The notes beneath the pieces are model-generated. The model ran no database searches and was not told the origin of the DNA. It was given only the letters and a program-made list of their open reading frames with translations. A program made the position numbers and the translations under genes. A stretch of 62,869 bases of DNA, the filler included, from Limisphaerales bacterium (lineage in GTDB: Bacteria; Verrucomicrobiota; Verrucomicrobiia; Limisphaerales; SIBE01), in the NCBI GenBank assembly GCA_044225505.1. It is 4 parts of 4 records of this genome, joined end to end, with 100 filler letters (N's around TTAATTAATTAA, not from the genome) between each part and the next. Parts side by side here need not be neighbours in the genome. Positions count along the whole stretch, not along the records: positions 30,559 to 47,672 come from JBGAIN010000191.1; positions 47,773 to 62,869 come from JBGAIN010000192.1; 2 more parts are not named here. The stretch is one strand, 5' to 3'. Of this stretch, positions 39,128-49,152 are shown one piece after another. Positions within the stretch are counted from its first letter, which is position 1; each line of letters opens with the position of its first letter.

Positions 39128-40408
39128 TTAGGGCGCGCTCGACACGACGCGATAAAATCGGGTCGCCACCTCCGCCCCGATCGGAATGGACCACGCCAAC
39201 TCTGCGGTCTCACCTGCGGATCGCCAAGCAAGCCCAGCGTTCAGGCGATCCGTCCATTGCACCTGGTAACGCGCGACGCCAACGCTGGCTTCCCATGTCA
39301 TGAGCAGCGAATTGGCTTGGCGCCGAACGCGTAATCCAGCAACGCCATTCCCTGACGTACTGGTGCCGCTTGGTTTATAGCCTAGCTGGACAACTTCGAA
39401 ATCATTGGCTGTCAACGCACCAAAGGCCGGGTTGGCCACGTCATTATCCCAGCGCGGATCGTACGTTCCGGTGATATACATGTCGGAGCCGTTGTCCGCG
39501 ACGATGAGCCCATGGCGTTGCATGGCGCGAAACACCCGCCGCATCCCCGGGTCTTTGGTCTTTTGAGTGACATCCACACTGGCCTTTAACCTCAAGCGGG
39601 CGCCCATCGGCAATGCCCCGCTCCGAGAACCGGCACGGTGCGATGCTGGATACACGTACCCATCCGTCGCACGGACCGTCATCCGAAACGCGTGACCGAT
39701 CTCGCTTGACGTGCTCGAGTAAACCTCGTCGTAACGGACTAATCCCGGGAGGATCGCAAGCCCCGCCGCATCGGCGGAAGTCCAAGTCTCAGGGCGTCGG
39801 GCGTTGGTGTTTAGATCGAAGAATGCTCCCGACCCGGCATACCATTTGGATTGTGCCGCGTCGTAAAAGACGTTGTAGAGCTCGTAAAGAAACTTTCGAT
39901 CCGTATCAACGATTAACAAGTGCCGATCCTGACTGTCGCGCAAGTCCACGGTCCCAGGTTCGCCTCCCTCCACCAAGTAGGGTTGGGTCGCCGCGGCGCT
40001 GGGGATTGGGTAAAACGGCAGGCTTCTTCCGCTGCTCCGATCGACGCCATCGCTTTGCGAGTCATAGTAGAACTCCACGGGCACGTAATTCGCCGCCGTC
40101 ACTCCAGTGACGGTGACGTAGGGAATTCCATAGCTCCCGTTTGGACTCTCGTCCGAGGGGGCCTGTCCCCCGAGATCGGGATGGAGCCGGCGGGTCCCAC
40201 CGTTGTTGATAAAAGCAATGTATTTTGCCGAATTAGGATCCAAGGGCCACTGGCTGATATCGGCGTTCCACCAATTGTCCGCGGGAAAGAGCAGCGGCAG
40301 TGCCCCGCCCAGGGTGGCTTCCATCGCTTGCGTCGTGGGGCAGAAAGCCGCCCACGACAAGGCTGCCCCGAGAACGCCCCAGACCAAGCGGCGCAGTCGT
40401 TTAGTCAT
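39128..40408 (-). CDS. Secreted hypothetical protein with C-terminal RFYR module
   Basis: Signal peptide; core LFPADNWWN...DRHLLIVD...SADAAGLAILPGLVRYDEV; Ser/Thr/Gly linker; tail YQVQWTDRL...TRFYRVV. Confidence 0.85.
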   Translation of the reverse strand: MTKRLRRLVWGVLGAALSWAAFCPTTQAMEATLGGALPLLFPADNWWNADISQWPLDPNSAKYIAFINNGGTRRLHPDLGGQAPSDESPNGSYGIPYVTVTGVTAANYVPVEFYYDSQSDGVDRSSGRSLPFYPIPSAAATQPYLVEGGEPGTVDLRDSQDRHLLIVDTDRKFLYELYNVFYDAAQSKWYAGSGAFFDLNTNARRPETWTSADAAGLAILPGLVRYDEVYSSTSSEIGHAFRMTVRATDGYVYPASHRAGSRSGALPMGARLRLKASVDVTQKTKDPGMRRVFRAMQRHGLIVADNGSDMYITGTYDPRWDNDVANPAFGALTANDFEVVQLGYKPSGTSTSGNGVAGLRVRRQANSLLMTWEASVGVARYQVQWTDRLNAGLAWRSAGETAELAWSIPIGAEVATRFYRVVSSAP

Positions 40409-40426
40409 CGCACGCCAACTTTCTCG

Positions 40427-40570
40427 TCAGTGGGAATTGTCAGCGGGCAAAGTGTCGGATTTCGCATCGTGGCCATTGGAAACCGGACATTCCTTCCCGG
40501 AGGTGTGCGGGAGGTCATGGTTCGGACAACCACAACGACATGAACCGCAACGGCATTTAGAGCCGCACAT
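40427..40570 (-). CDS. Candidate Cys-rich micro-protein
   Basis: 47 aa, 7 Cys and 4 His, GGGGA 7 nt before ATG, co-oriented with neighbours; may be a chance ORF. Confidence 0.25.
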   Translation of the reverse strand: MCGSKCRCGSCRCGCPNHDLPHTSGKECPVSNGHDAKSDTLPADNSH

Positions 40571-40700
40571 CCCGCGATCCCCGTGCTTGGCCACGACCGG
40601 CTTTAAGGGCTGGGCAATAATCATGCAACGGACAATCCAGCAAGAGCATTGCCACGCTTGCCCCCGAACGATCCGCCGCGCCTGATTCGGCCCCGCCTGA

Positions 40701-42788
40701 TTACCGAGGCACCCGCCGGCCCGCCGTCAACTCATCCGCGAGGTCGTTGGCTTCGTAGACCTTTCGCAACGCCTCGACGATTCCTTGGGAATGAACCGAA
40801 ACCGCCCGCGCCTGGTCTTGGGTAAAGACGAAGTCCAGCACGAGGCTTTGGATATTGCCGTCAAAAATAATCCCCACCAACTCCGCCTTGCGGTTCACAA
40901 CCGGACTGCCGGAGTTTCCCCCGATAATGTCCGCAGTATTCACAAAGTTGAATGGAACACCTAAATCGAGGCGACTTCGACGGTCGTTCCATCGCGGCGG
41001 AAGATCAAACGGCGGCCGTCCGTTATGCTCTGCCGCCCGTTCGTAGAGACCCGCAAAGGTGGTCTGGAAAGGAATATGTTTCCCGCCTTCTTCGTATCCC
41101 AGGACCGTCCCATAGGCGAGCCTGAGCGTGAAGGTCGCATCGGGGTAATTGCTGGTTCCCTGCACCGCGAATCGCGCTTTGCCAATCTGCGCATGCGCTT
41201 GTTGTTTGGCTTCCGATTGGGCTTCCACGATCTTGCGCACCGCGCGCGCTTCCGCATCCACCATCCTCGCTAATTCGATCATCGGATCCTTCGCCAGATC
41301 GACCGCAGATCGCCCTTCCTGGTAAAGCTTCTTCCGGAAAGAAACGTCTTTGACTTTGGTCCCGGCGACTAACTCGGTCGCGCGTTCCCGCGGAGATTTG
41401 CCAGCGAGAACTTTTTGCACCAGGTCATGCGAGTAACCCATCCGAGTGGCCAACCAAGTCAGCGAGGTAGCTAGTTTGACCTGCTCATAGTCGTCGTAAA
41501 TCGGTTCGTCCGAGAACAACCGGAACTCCAGAGATTCCAAACCCGCCTGTCCAAACTCCCGCAATCGATCCTTGTTTGCTTTCGGCTTTTCCTCGGCAGC
41601 ACGCAAGAGCACGCGGGCGATTTCGAAGAGTGTGCTGTTAAATCCGTGACCCACTTCCAGGAGATTGTAGGTCCGCGCATTCTCGCCAATCACCTTTTGC
41701 GCCTGCTCGATGCGGGCCCAGGCCCCTTCCACCGGCTTCAACTCCGCGCGTGCGCGCACCATCTCGCGCAATTGGTTTTCTTCGCTGCTTTTCTTGCGCA
41801 AGAGGTTCGGATCTAAGATGCCCGCGATCTCGCCGGTATACGCTTTGCGGCTGTTTTGCACGCCGAACAGATCTTCCTTCGCACGCCGGGCGTTTTCTTC
41901 GCTGCGCGCGCTGTAGGCGGTCAATGCCACTTCGAGGTTGTTGAGTCGATCCATCGCGTAGGGCAGCCGGTAATCCCGCAGGTATTCCATTTCCGCCACC
42001 GTGAAAAGTCGACTTGTGCGCCCTGGGTGCCCGGAAACGAACACTAATTCCTTTTCCGCGGCGCCAGCTTGGCTCCATTTCAAGTAGTGATCGATCTTGG
42101 CCGGCTTGCCATTCTCGTAGGCCCGGAAGAAACAGACATCCAAGTCATACCGGGGATACTCGAAGTTGTCGGGATCTCCACCGTAAAAGGCAATCTGCTG
42201 TTCCGGGGCAAAGACCAACCGGACATCGGTATACTTTTTGAACCGGTAAAGGTGATATTGTCCGCCTTGATAAAGCGTCACGACGTCACTGCGAAATCCC
42301 GTCTTATCGAGCGACTCCTTCTCGATCTCGGCCATGACCCCGCGCCGCGCCAGGAATGCCTCCTGATCGGACATCCCCGCCTTCACCGCGGCATTCACCC
42401 GTTCGGTCACATCTTCGATGCTCATCAAGACGTTCAGCTCTAAATCGTGGCAACCCTTCTCCTCATCCAACGTTCGCGCATGGAACCCGTCCCGATAGTA
42501 GTTGTGCTCTGCATCGCCGAGCTTCTGCAGGCAATCGGCTCCAACATGATGATTCGACATCACCAACCCATCCGGTGAGACAAATGACCCGGACCCGCCG
42601 CTATTAAACCGCACGGACGATTTCTGAACGTGTTCCAACCACTCGTCCGTCACGTCGAACCCGTACTTCTCTTTCAATCGGTCCCGAGGCGGATTGTTAA
42701 ACAGCCACATCCCCTCGTCAGCGGAGAGCGAAGTTGTCATCATCGATATTCCCAGCACTACCAGGCTAGCGGTGTAGAACCGTGTCAT
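40701..42788 (-). CDS. S46 family dipeptidyl peptidase
   Basis: Signal peptide, ADEGMW, GSFVSPDGLVMSNHH, YPDATFTLRL, DIIGGNSGSPV. Confidence 0.95.
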   Translation of the reverse strand: MTRFYTASLVVLGISMMTTSLSADEGMWLFNNPPRDRLKEKYGFDVTDEWLEHVQKSSVRFNSGGSGSFVSPDGLVMSNHHVGADCLQKLGDAEHNYYRDGFHARTLDEEKGCHDLELNVLMSIEDVTERVNAAVKAGMSDQEAFLARRGVMAEIEKESLDKTGFRSDVVTLYQGGQYHLYRFKKYTDVRLVFAPEQQIAFYGGDPDNFEYPRYDLDVCFFRAYENGKPAKIDHYLKWSQAGAAEKELVFVSGHPGRTSRLFTVAEMEYLRDYRLPYAMDRLNNLEVALTAYSARSEENARRAKEDLFGVQNSRKAYTGEIAGILDPNLLRKKSSEENQLREMVRARAELKPVEGAWARIEQAQKVIGENARTYNLLEVGHGFNSTLFEIARVLLRAAEEKPKANKDRLREFGQAGLESLEFRLFSDEPIYDDYEQVKLATSLTWLATRMGYSHDLVQKVLAGKSPRERATELVAGTKVKDVSFRKKLYQEGRSAVDLAKDPMIELARMVDAEARAVRKIVEAQSEAKQQAHAQIGKARFAVQGTSNYPDATFTLRLAYGTVLGYEEGGKHIPFQTTFAGLYERAAEHNGRPPFDLPPRWNDRRSRLDLGVPFNFVNTADIIGGNSGSPVVNRKAELVGIIFDGNIQSLVLDFVFTQDQARAVSVHSQGIVEALRKVYEANDLADELTAGRRVPR

Positions 42789-42992
42789 CGTATTGCCTTT
42801 GTTTTGAATCTCCCGATTAGTTTGGCGAGAAGTTACCCGAATGCAACTGGTTCTGCGGGAGGAATTGAGTAACCCCTGAAACCACCGGGGGGCTAAAAAT
42901 AAGTCCCGCGCCGCCCGGCCAACCTTTCCCCCTTCCGCCAAGCACTCACCTCTCCGATCGCGTGCTCCGAAAAGGCGAGGCTTTCTCCCCCC

Positions 42993-43742
42993 TTACCACC
43001 ACTGGAAATTGATATCGGGAGCGGTCGACAGCCAATTCTCCATCTCCTTGGGAAACTTGTAGTTTTCGACGTGGCCATCGCCGAACAGCATGTTTTCGAA
43101 TCGCTTCCCCTTGTAGTTGTGCCAAACGCTGCGTTTGTCCTGGATATTCCGGTTCGCATGCCACGGCCAGTCGCCTTGAATGATCTTGGTCACGGGCCGC
43201 AGCGCTACCCTCGACTCTTTGATCGGCTTGCCAAATTGGCTCGTCGGCGCCTGCTTGGAGTCTGCGGTCACATGCTCGACGCGAAACGATTCGCCCGACC
43301 ATTGCACCAGGTAACTATTGCCCCACCCTTCCCAGCACGATTTCGGGGTCGGATTTAACTGATCCCCCTTATCCGCCGGACAATGAAACACCTCGACGCT
43401 GCCGGCGTATTGGTTCAGGGGACGATTCGTCTCCGCCACTTTACCGCCGTAATCGGGCGCGTTGCCGCTCACGAACGCATTAGATTACCGCTTGCCTCGG
43501 TCGCCCCAACCGTCGTGCACAGGAAGAAGAATCAGGTGGTCATCCGCAATAGAGCTTATACGCGATGCCGATCTGTTTCTAGTTACTCAAGCACTTGATG
43601 CTTGGCCTTAGTCTTGGCTCGGGCCAGTGCAGGCAGCAGCATGCCGGCCAGAATGGCGATGATCGCGATCACGACGAGTAGCTCGATCAGCGTGAGCAGG
43701 GACCAAGGCAAAACCTCGCTTCCATCGACTGGAAATCGTCAT
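42993..43742 (-). pseudogene. Prepilin-type cleavage/methylation domain protein with several frameshifts and an in-frame stop in the 5' third
   Basis: Across frames: [37 protein letters not shown]; intact 3' part FHCPAD...NMLFGDGHV. Confidence 0.85.
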
Positions 43743-44157
43743 AGGGATTGAAAAAGCCGTTTAAATTCAGGAACTGATTCTGACGAGTCTAAGGCGGAAG
43801 GCGCACCGAATAGCTACTCTTTCATTTGCCCTTCGGCGTCCAGAAATGCGAACAACAGCCGTGGCAGGCCTGGACTTGCCGGCCAGCGGGTTTGATTCTG
43901 GGATTTGCATTCGACAACAGCCGGTTCCGCGCGGGATCATTCGCACAGAAGCCGATTTCATCGCTCTGCAAGACCGTTAAGGCGGTCTGTGGAAACGTAC
44001 CACAGCGTTTCTCCGACGTCAGACTTCCGGATTGCTCCGGCCCACCCGGTTCTCCGGGCGTCTCCTTCTGGTTCGAGCAATTGCTCTACATTCTGGTCGA
44101 CGAGCAACTGGTCGGGTGAAAATGCCTCGCGTCGCGCCAGCCCGTGCTGGCCTCAGC

Positions 44158-44300
44158 ATGCCGACGGTGTTGCGAATTGGATCGTTCCGGTTCCACTTTT
44201 ATTCCGACGAAGGACGGGAGCCGGCCCACATCCGCGTGCGCCAGACGGAGAGTGCAAGTTCTGGCTGCAACCACCCAGGCGCCTGGGAAGGCGTTCATCG
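44158..44300 (+). pseudogene. DUF4160 family (toxin-like) gene, frameshifted
   Basis: MPTVLRIGSFRFHFYSDEGREPAHI then PDGECKFWLQP in another frame. Confidence 0.8.
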
Positions 44301-44304
44301 ATCT

Positions 44305-44563
44305 CACCGCAATCGATGAGACTAGAGTCTCGGTTGAGCCAGCCGCAGTGCAGCAGGCGGAAGGGCGTACACCGGATTTTCCTCGAGCACGACGGGCGCG
44401 TCGTTCGCCAGCCGACAGATTTCGCCTCTTGGCCTCGGCTTCCGAGGCACAGTTGGCGGCGGTGCAGATCAGACAACGGATGATGCGCCTTGCGCTGGGA
44501 AGAACTGGATGAGGATATCACGGTGCGGGATTGTGGCGGGCCAGTTCCAACTACCCCGAAATG
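44305..44563 (+). pseudogene. DUF2442 family (antitoxin-like) gene, frameshifted
   Basis: Across frames: IFLEHDGRVV, PADRFRLLASASEAQLAAVQI, LRWEELDEDITV, IVAGQFQLP. Confidence 0.75.
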
Positions 44564-45090
44564 AGCTCAACCCGTCGCTGGGCGGTGCCCCCCTCTGATC
44601 CCACCACCGGAGAGTGCAAGGACTGGAAGCCAGCCGATTCGCTCGAAACAAATCGCAAGTCATCGGCGGCCGTCCCTGGCGTGAAATGGGATCGGTCAAT
44701 AAGTAATCTCCCGTCCCGCACACGCGATCGCGTCGAAGTCGAAATGTCGCACACAACGGAGACAATTGGCCGCGAAGTGTGCGAACATTTGGCGATGCCG
44801 CTGAGCCAGTGCCATCGAATCCGCAGCATCGCCGTCGTGCAGGGATCGACCGATCGGTCTAGGAGCCTGGGACTATCAACAGGTTGCTGGAACCTCGATG
44901 CGTCAGCCAAACGGACGGCAGCTTTAACGCCACGAGGCCAGCGTCCGCCGAAATCATTTCTAAAACGGAGGATGCATCAGTGAGTGATTGACGGCGGAAC
45001 TTGGATCATATCTTGTGCTCCTCGAGAGGCGTAGTCCTGGCGGAAGCGGCACGGAAACGGCTCGCGCGGCGGAGCAGGATGCGTTAGATT

Positions 45091-45176
45091 GGTAGGATAC
45101 CCAAGTGGCCAACGGGGCAGACTGTAAATCTGCTGGCTTACCGCCTTCGCTGGTTCGAATCCAGCTCCTACCACCA
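45091..45176 (+). tRNA. tRNA-Tyr (GTA)
   Basis: Acceptor stem GGTAGGA/TCCTACC, anticodon arm GCAGA-CTGTAAA-TCTGC, long variable arm, T arm GCTGG-TTCGAAT-CCAGC, encoded CCA. Confidence 0.96.
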
Positions 45177-45275
45177 CCAGCTAAAATCCTGCGGTTACAG
45201 CCACTTGCGATGTTTGAGCGACTATTGTTTATTTTCGCCATTCTAGCCGATTCTCACCCATTCCCGCCAGCAGAT

Positions 45276-45296
45276 ACGTCACTCAGACGTCACTCA
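45276..45296. repeat. Tandem 10-bp direct repeat downstream of tRNA-Tyr
   Basis: ACGTCACTCA-G-ACGTCACTCA. Confidence 0.8.
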
Positions 45297-45461
45297 AAAC
45301 GACCGGATTCAAGCTGCCACACCGTCCTGCCGTTCTCTGTACAGCTTACTTCTCCAACCCCCAACTCTATCAACTCGCTTCCGGCAACTGCTCGCGACAA
45401 CCTCAGCGAAAGCGATGGACCGTCCCACGCACGGTGTCCGCTGGATGAATCCGCGCTTCTC

Positions 45462-46006
45462 CTACGTCACGATCGTCTGGTGAACCGAAGGCGAAGAGCA
45501 CGACACCTTGAAATACTTCTGGAAGTCCGCTTCGGTGTGCGGAACATCCTGCTCGCCGACATCTGAAAAAAGGAACAGCATTAGCAGAGCCCGCTCTCGT
45601 GAGCGCACGTTCACTCGCCAGGACAGGAAATCATCGGGGCGCGAATCCTCTCCCGAAAAGCTGGCATCCACATGCCATCCTGTGTCCCCCGTGTCGGCTT
45701 GGCTGGGAAACCTCACGGGAAAAGTTCCCAGACTCTGGCACGGCACCCAGCGGCCCTTGCCGAGCAGCTGGTCGAAAGCCCTGTGGAGCCGAGGCATGTT
45801 CACGGCCTGGCGAAACGGTTCCCGGGCGTAGTCCCAAAGCCAGATGATTGGCCGCGTCCAGGTGGACCGGTCCAGACGATCACAGCCCAAATCGCGCCAC
45901 ACGATTTCGCAGCCTCTCTCCGCACATCCCTGGGGAATACTTCGTCCAGCCGGACGTAGCCCCGTTCAACAAAGTGGTGGATCTGATTTGTATTCAGGCA
46001 TTTCAA
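45462..46006 (-). pseudogene. Phytanoyl-CoA dioxygenase-like gene, frameshifted and 3' truncated
   Basis: QIHHFVERGYVRLDEVFP in one frame, then WRDLGCD...GWHVDASF...ALLMLFLFSDVGEQD; similarity ends there. Confidence 0.75.
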
Positions 46007-46124
46007 TGAACACTCGCCTGACGCTTCAGATAAGCGACTACTACTTGATCCCATGGCGCATTTCCGCTCGAAGGGAGGGATTCTTGGATCAATGTCATTC
46101 CGGTTGAGCGCGAACGGCAGCGAG

Positions 46125-46394
46125 TTAAGACCGAGACGGTTGTCGATAATCACGAGACCACGCCCGAAGTGCGAAGCCACCTAAGAGCGCTGGAACGACC
46201 AACAGCCATTTCAAATCGATGTTGCTGTTCAAGGCTTGTCCCTCAAAGTGAAATCGAAAACTCCCGGCAACCAGCCCTAGAACTGCAACCCCGCTCGAGA
46301 AAAGTGCTAGGCCCAAGTGCCATTTCCGGTGACGTGTGCTCCAGGATGTTTTCCGAACAGCACCGTGGGCCGCAGGATGCAATAACCAAGTCAA
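46125..46394 (-). CDS. Small two-TM hypothetical membrane protein or fragment
   Basis: Two hydrophobic segments; start overlaps upstream stop. Confidence 0.35.
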   Translation of the reverse strand: MTWLLHPAAHGAVRKTSWSTRHRKWHLGLALFSSGVAVLGLVAGSFRFHFEGQALNSNIDLKWLLVVPALLGGFALRAWSRDYRQPSRS

Positions 46395-46791
46395 AGATCC
46401 ATCAACGCCTGCTCCAGCTCCGCTTTCACACGAAAATACGGCAGGTCCGAGTCTATGTCCGGATTGTTGATGCTGACATGAAAAATCAGCCGCACGCCTG
46501 CCTCTTTGGCCGCGTTGAACATGACTTTGGTGTTAGCAACCGCCTGGTCATGGGTAAAGAGGCGGTGGTCAAACCTGACCCAATAAGTGTTGATGAGGCC
46601 ATCCACTCCGCGCAGGGACTCGGTCAATTTGCCGGGCTCATCGAAATGGAACGGGTGAGCGACCACAGCCTCCCCGAACGGATTCTTGCCCAGGCTGAGG
46701 TTAATTGATGTGATAACGCCATGCCCAGCGGTAGCCGCCTGGCGATGTAGCGGCCCGAATAACCGAATGCTCCTGTTACAGCGATACGCAT
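46391..46791 (-). pseudogene. NAD-dependent epimerase/atypical SDR, frameshifted and truncated
   Basis: MRIAVTGAFGYSGRYIARRL, then other frame GVDGLINTYWVRF...HVSINNP...PYFRVKAELE and early stop. Confidence 0.78.
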
Positions 46792-46965
46792 GGCGTGCGC
46801 CACTTCGGTATGGACTAGCTTCTCATGCGGTCCAAGCGGCTGCAACGTGGGAATCGCAGCAGACCTGCGCTGTGGAGACGCCGACACTGCTCCATCGCTT
46901 CAACGTCTTCCGCTGAGGCGATGCGGACATGGAGCGGATCGGGATCTGTCATGGCCGAGTAATCG

Positions 46966-47672
46966 TCATTTATTATCTACTCCAGGCACAGGACTCGGCG
47001 GATGGCCGGTTTGGTGGGCGAGGCTTGGCGCTATTGGGGAAAGAGCGATCCTAAACCCGATGCAGCCATCGTGAGCGTCATGTGCAATCTCATACCGCTT
47101 GAAGACAGTGCAGTGCATCGCCCAATTATGAAAACACCCGCCGCGAAGGACACGCTCGTTCCCTTCACCGAAGAACGCACTTCCGTCGTCGGGAATCTGC
47201 TGCACGTCTCGCGTAAATGTGTCCTGGCACCACTCCCAAACATTACCCGACATGTCGAAGAGCCCGATCTGGTTTGGCCGCTTTTGTGCGACATCGTGCG
47301 TGTGATCGCCCCACATGCGGTTATACCAGGCTACCAGGTCAATGTCGTTGCTGCCGCTGTATCGAAAGCCGTCCTGCCAGCGAGGACCACCGCGTGCGGC
47401 ATACTCCCACTCGGTCTCGGACGGGAGCCGAAAGCCCCCTGACGGGAGTGAAGTCTGCGCCAAGATGTGAGTCCGAATGGGACTTTGGTTGATCCTGGCC
47501 AGAAATCCGCCAGGCTGCACGATCGTGTCCCAGGACACGTTCTCCAGGGGGCGTCGTGGTCCACGGCCCACCGTAGGATTGTCACCCATGACATGCTGCC
47601 ACAGGGCCTGCGTCACAGTCACCGTCGCCAGCCAAAACTCCCGCACTTCAACAAGACGTGTTTGGTCCCCAT
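46966..47672 (-). CDS. Formylglycine-generating enzyme (FGE-sulfatase) domain protein (5' truncated)
   Basis: RLPSETEWEYAARGG, GLFDMSGNVWEWC, RVLRGG, IGFR. Confidence 0.93.
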
Positions 47673-47772
47673 NNNNNNNNNNNNNNNNNNNNNNNNNNNN
47701 NNNNNNNNNNNNNNNNTTAATTAATTAANNNNNNNNNNNNNNNNNNNNNNNNNNNNNNNNNNNNNNNNNNNN
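47673..47772. other. Artificial contig spacer
   Basis: 100 nt of N with central TTAATTAATTAA. Confidence 0.98.
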
Positions 47773-48864
47773 ACTGTCCCCTTGATGCCAGACGAGCTTT
47801 AAGGCTGGTTGCGTGCCGACGGCGGCGAACTGATAAGTCGCGACAAGGGTCGCCGGAGCGAGTTCGGGATGAGGAACCGGGACATTCGGAGAGACGGCTT
47901 CGACTGAAAGCGGAGCTAAAACCTTTCCTCCGTTTCCGTCAGGGCGCCACAGATCCAGCACGGTATAGGGCACGTCATTATCGTGACTGCCCAGGTCGCT
48001 CATGGTCCCATTGCCGAAATCCCACCAGCGGTACCAACGGGGTCCAGGGAAATAGGTTGCATGGTAGGGGCGCGCTGGGGCCGGACCTAACCACAAATCC
48101 CAATTCATATGGGATGGAATCGACATCTCCTCGGGGAATCGATCCACGATCTGAATGCCGTTGTAGAACCCGTGTGGTTTGTCAAATTTCTCCGCCGAGA
48201 CCGCGTCTTGCAAGCCCCACGCGCGGTCAGCCCAAACGTGGACTTCATGCACCGGACCGATGACGTCCGCCCGCAATATCTCTTCGATTTTCTGACGCGC
48301 CGGCGACGCATGTCCCTGGTTCCCCATCTGAGTGGAGAGCTTTGGATGCTTGGCCGCGGTCTCGCGAACTAATCGAGTTTCCCAAATGTTGTAAGCGAGC
48401 GGCTTCTCGCAATAGACGTGCTTGTCGTGAATCAGCGCAAGATAGGTCGCGAATGCGTGGGTGTGCTCGGCTGTAGAAACGACAACGGCGTCGAAAGCAT
48501 CGGGCCGCTCGAACACCTGCCGGAGATCCCGGAATTTCTTGGCTTGCGGATAGCGCTGCGACGCGGAGTCTAAAGCTAGTTGGTTCACATCGCAGAGAAC
48601 CGTGACATTTTCATCTGGATGCGGTCCTCCCGCAGCAGGCCCGCCACGCCTCGCCGTTTGGCCGCCGGGACCGAGAGTAAGCTCATTCATACTCGCAGTC
48701 GCGCGCCCTCCGCAGGCAATGAACGCGATGTTCAATTTATTGTTTAGATTTTGGCCGCGTAGAATCGCTGGGCTCAGACTGACGACGCCAGCGGCAAAGG
48801 CTTGACCGACAAACTGGCGCCGCGTGATGGGCCGGGATCCACGGTGATACATTGCTGGCTTCAT
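47773..48864 (-). CDS. Tat-exported Gfo/Idh/MocA family oxidoreductase (3' truncated)
   Basis: Twin-Arg TRRQFV, HVYCEKPL, TQMGNQGH, WDLWLGPAP, WWDFGNGTMSDLGSH; start uncertain. Confidence 0.92.
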
Positions 48865-49152
48865 GACTTTTGGAAGGTTCATTAATAAAGGAAGCAAAGC
48901 CGATGATCTTCAGTCGTAGTCTCTGTGGAACAACGGCATCGTAACGTTCCAATAAACCCCCACAAGGAGAATCTTCCCGACTCCATTCTCTTGCGCATTT
49001 GCCGATTCTCCGATCACTTTGAATTCACGGTGGGAGGTCTCCGCGAGCGGTGGCGGGAGGCAGGGAAGAGAGCTTAGGCATCGTTGTCGTCTTGCTTTTT
49101 GCGACGGTGCAGCCAACGCTACGTTTCGAACACCAGAACACACGACATTGCC

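Noticed and set aside
43960..44120. Possible ParE/RelE-like toxin remnant upstream of DUF4160
   Set aside because: Resemblance too faint to reconstruct a coherent protein
44988..45014. TTGACG...TATCTT as tRNA-Tyr promoter
   Set aside because: Spacer is only 15 nt and the region is indel-prone; plausible but not supportable
48865..49152. Glycine riboswitch ahead of the aminotransferase-glc operon
   Set aside because: Conserved aptamer elements (GGAGA...CCGAAG...CTCTCAGG) not found
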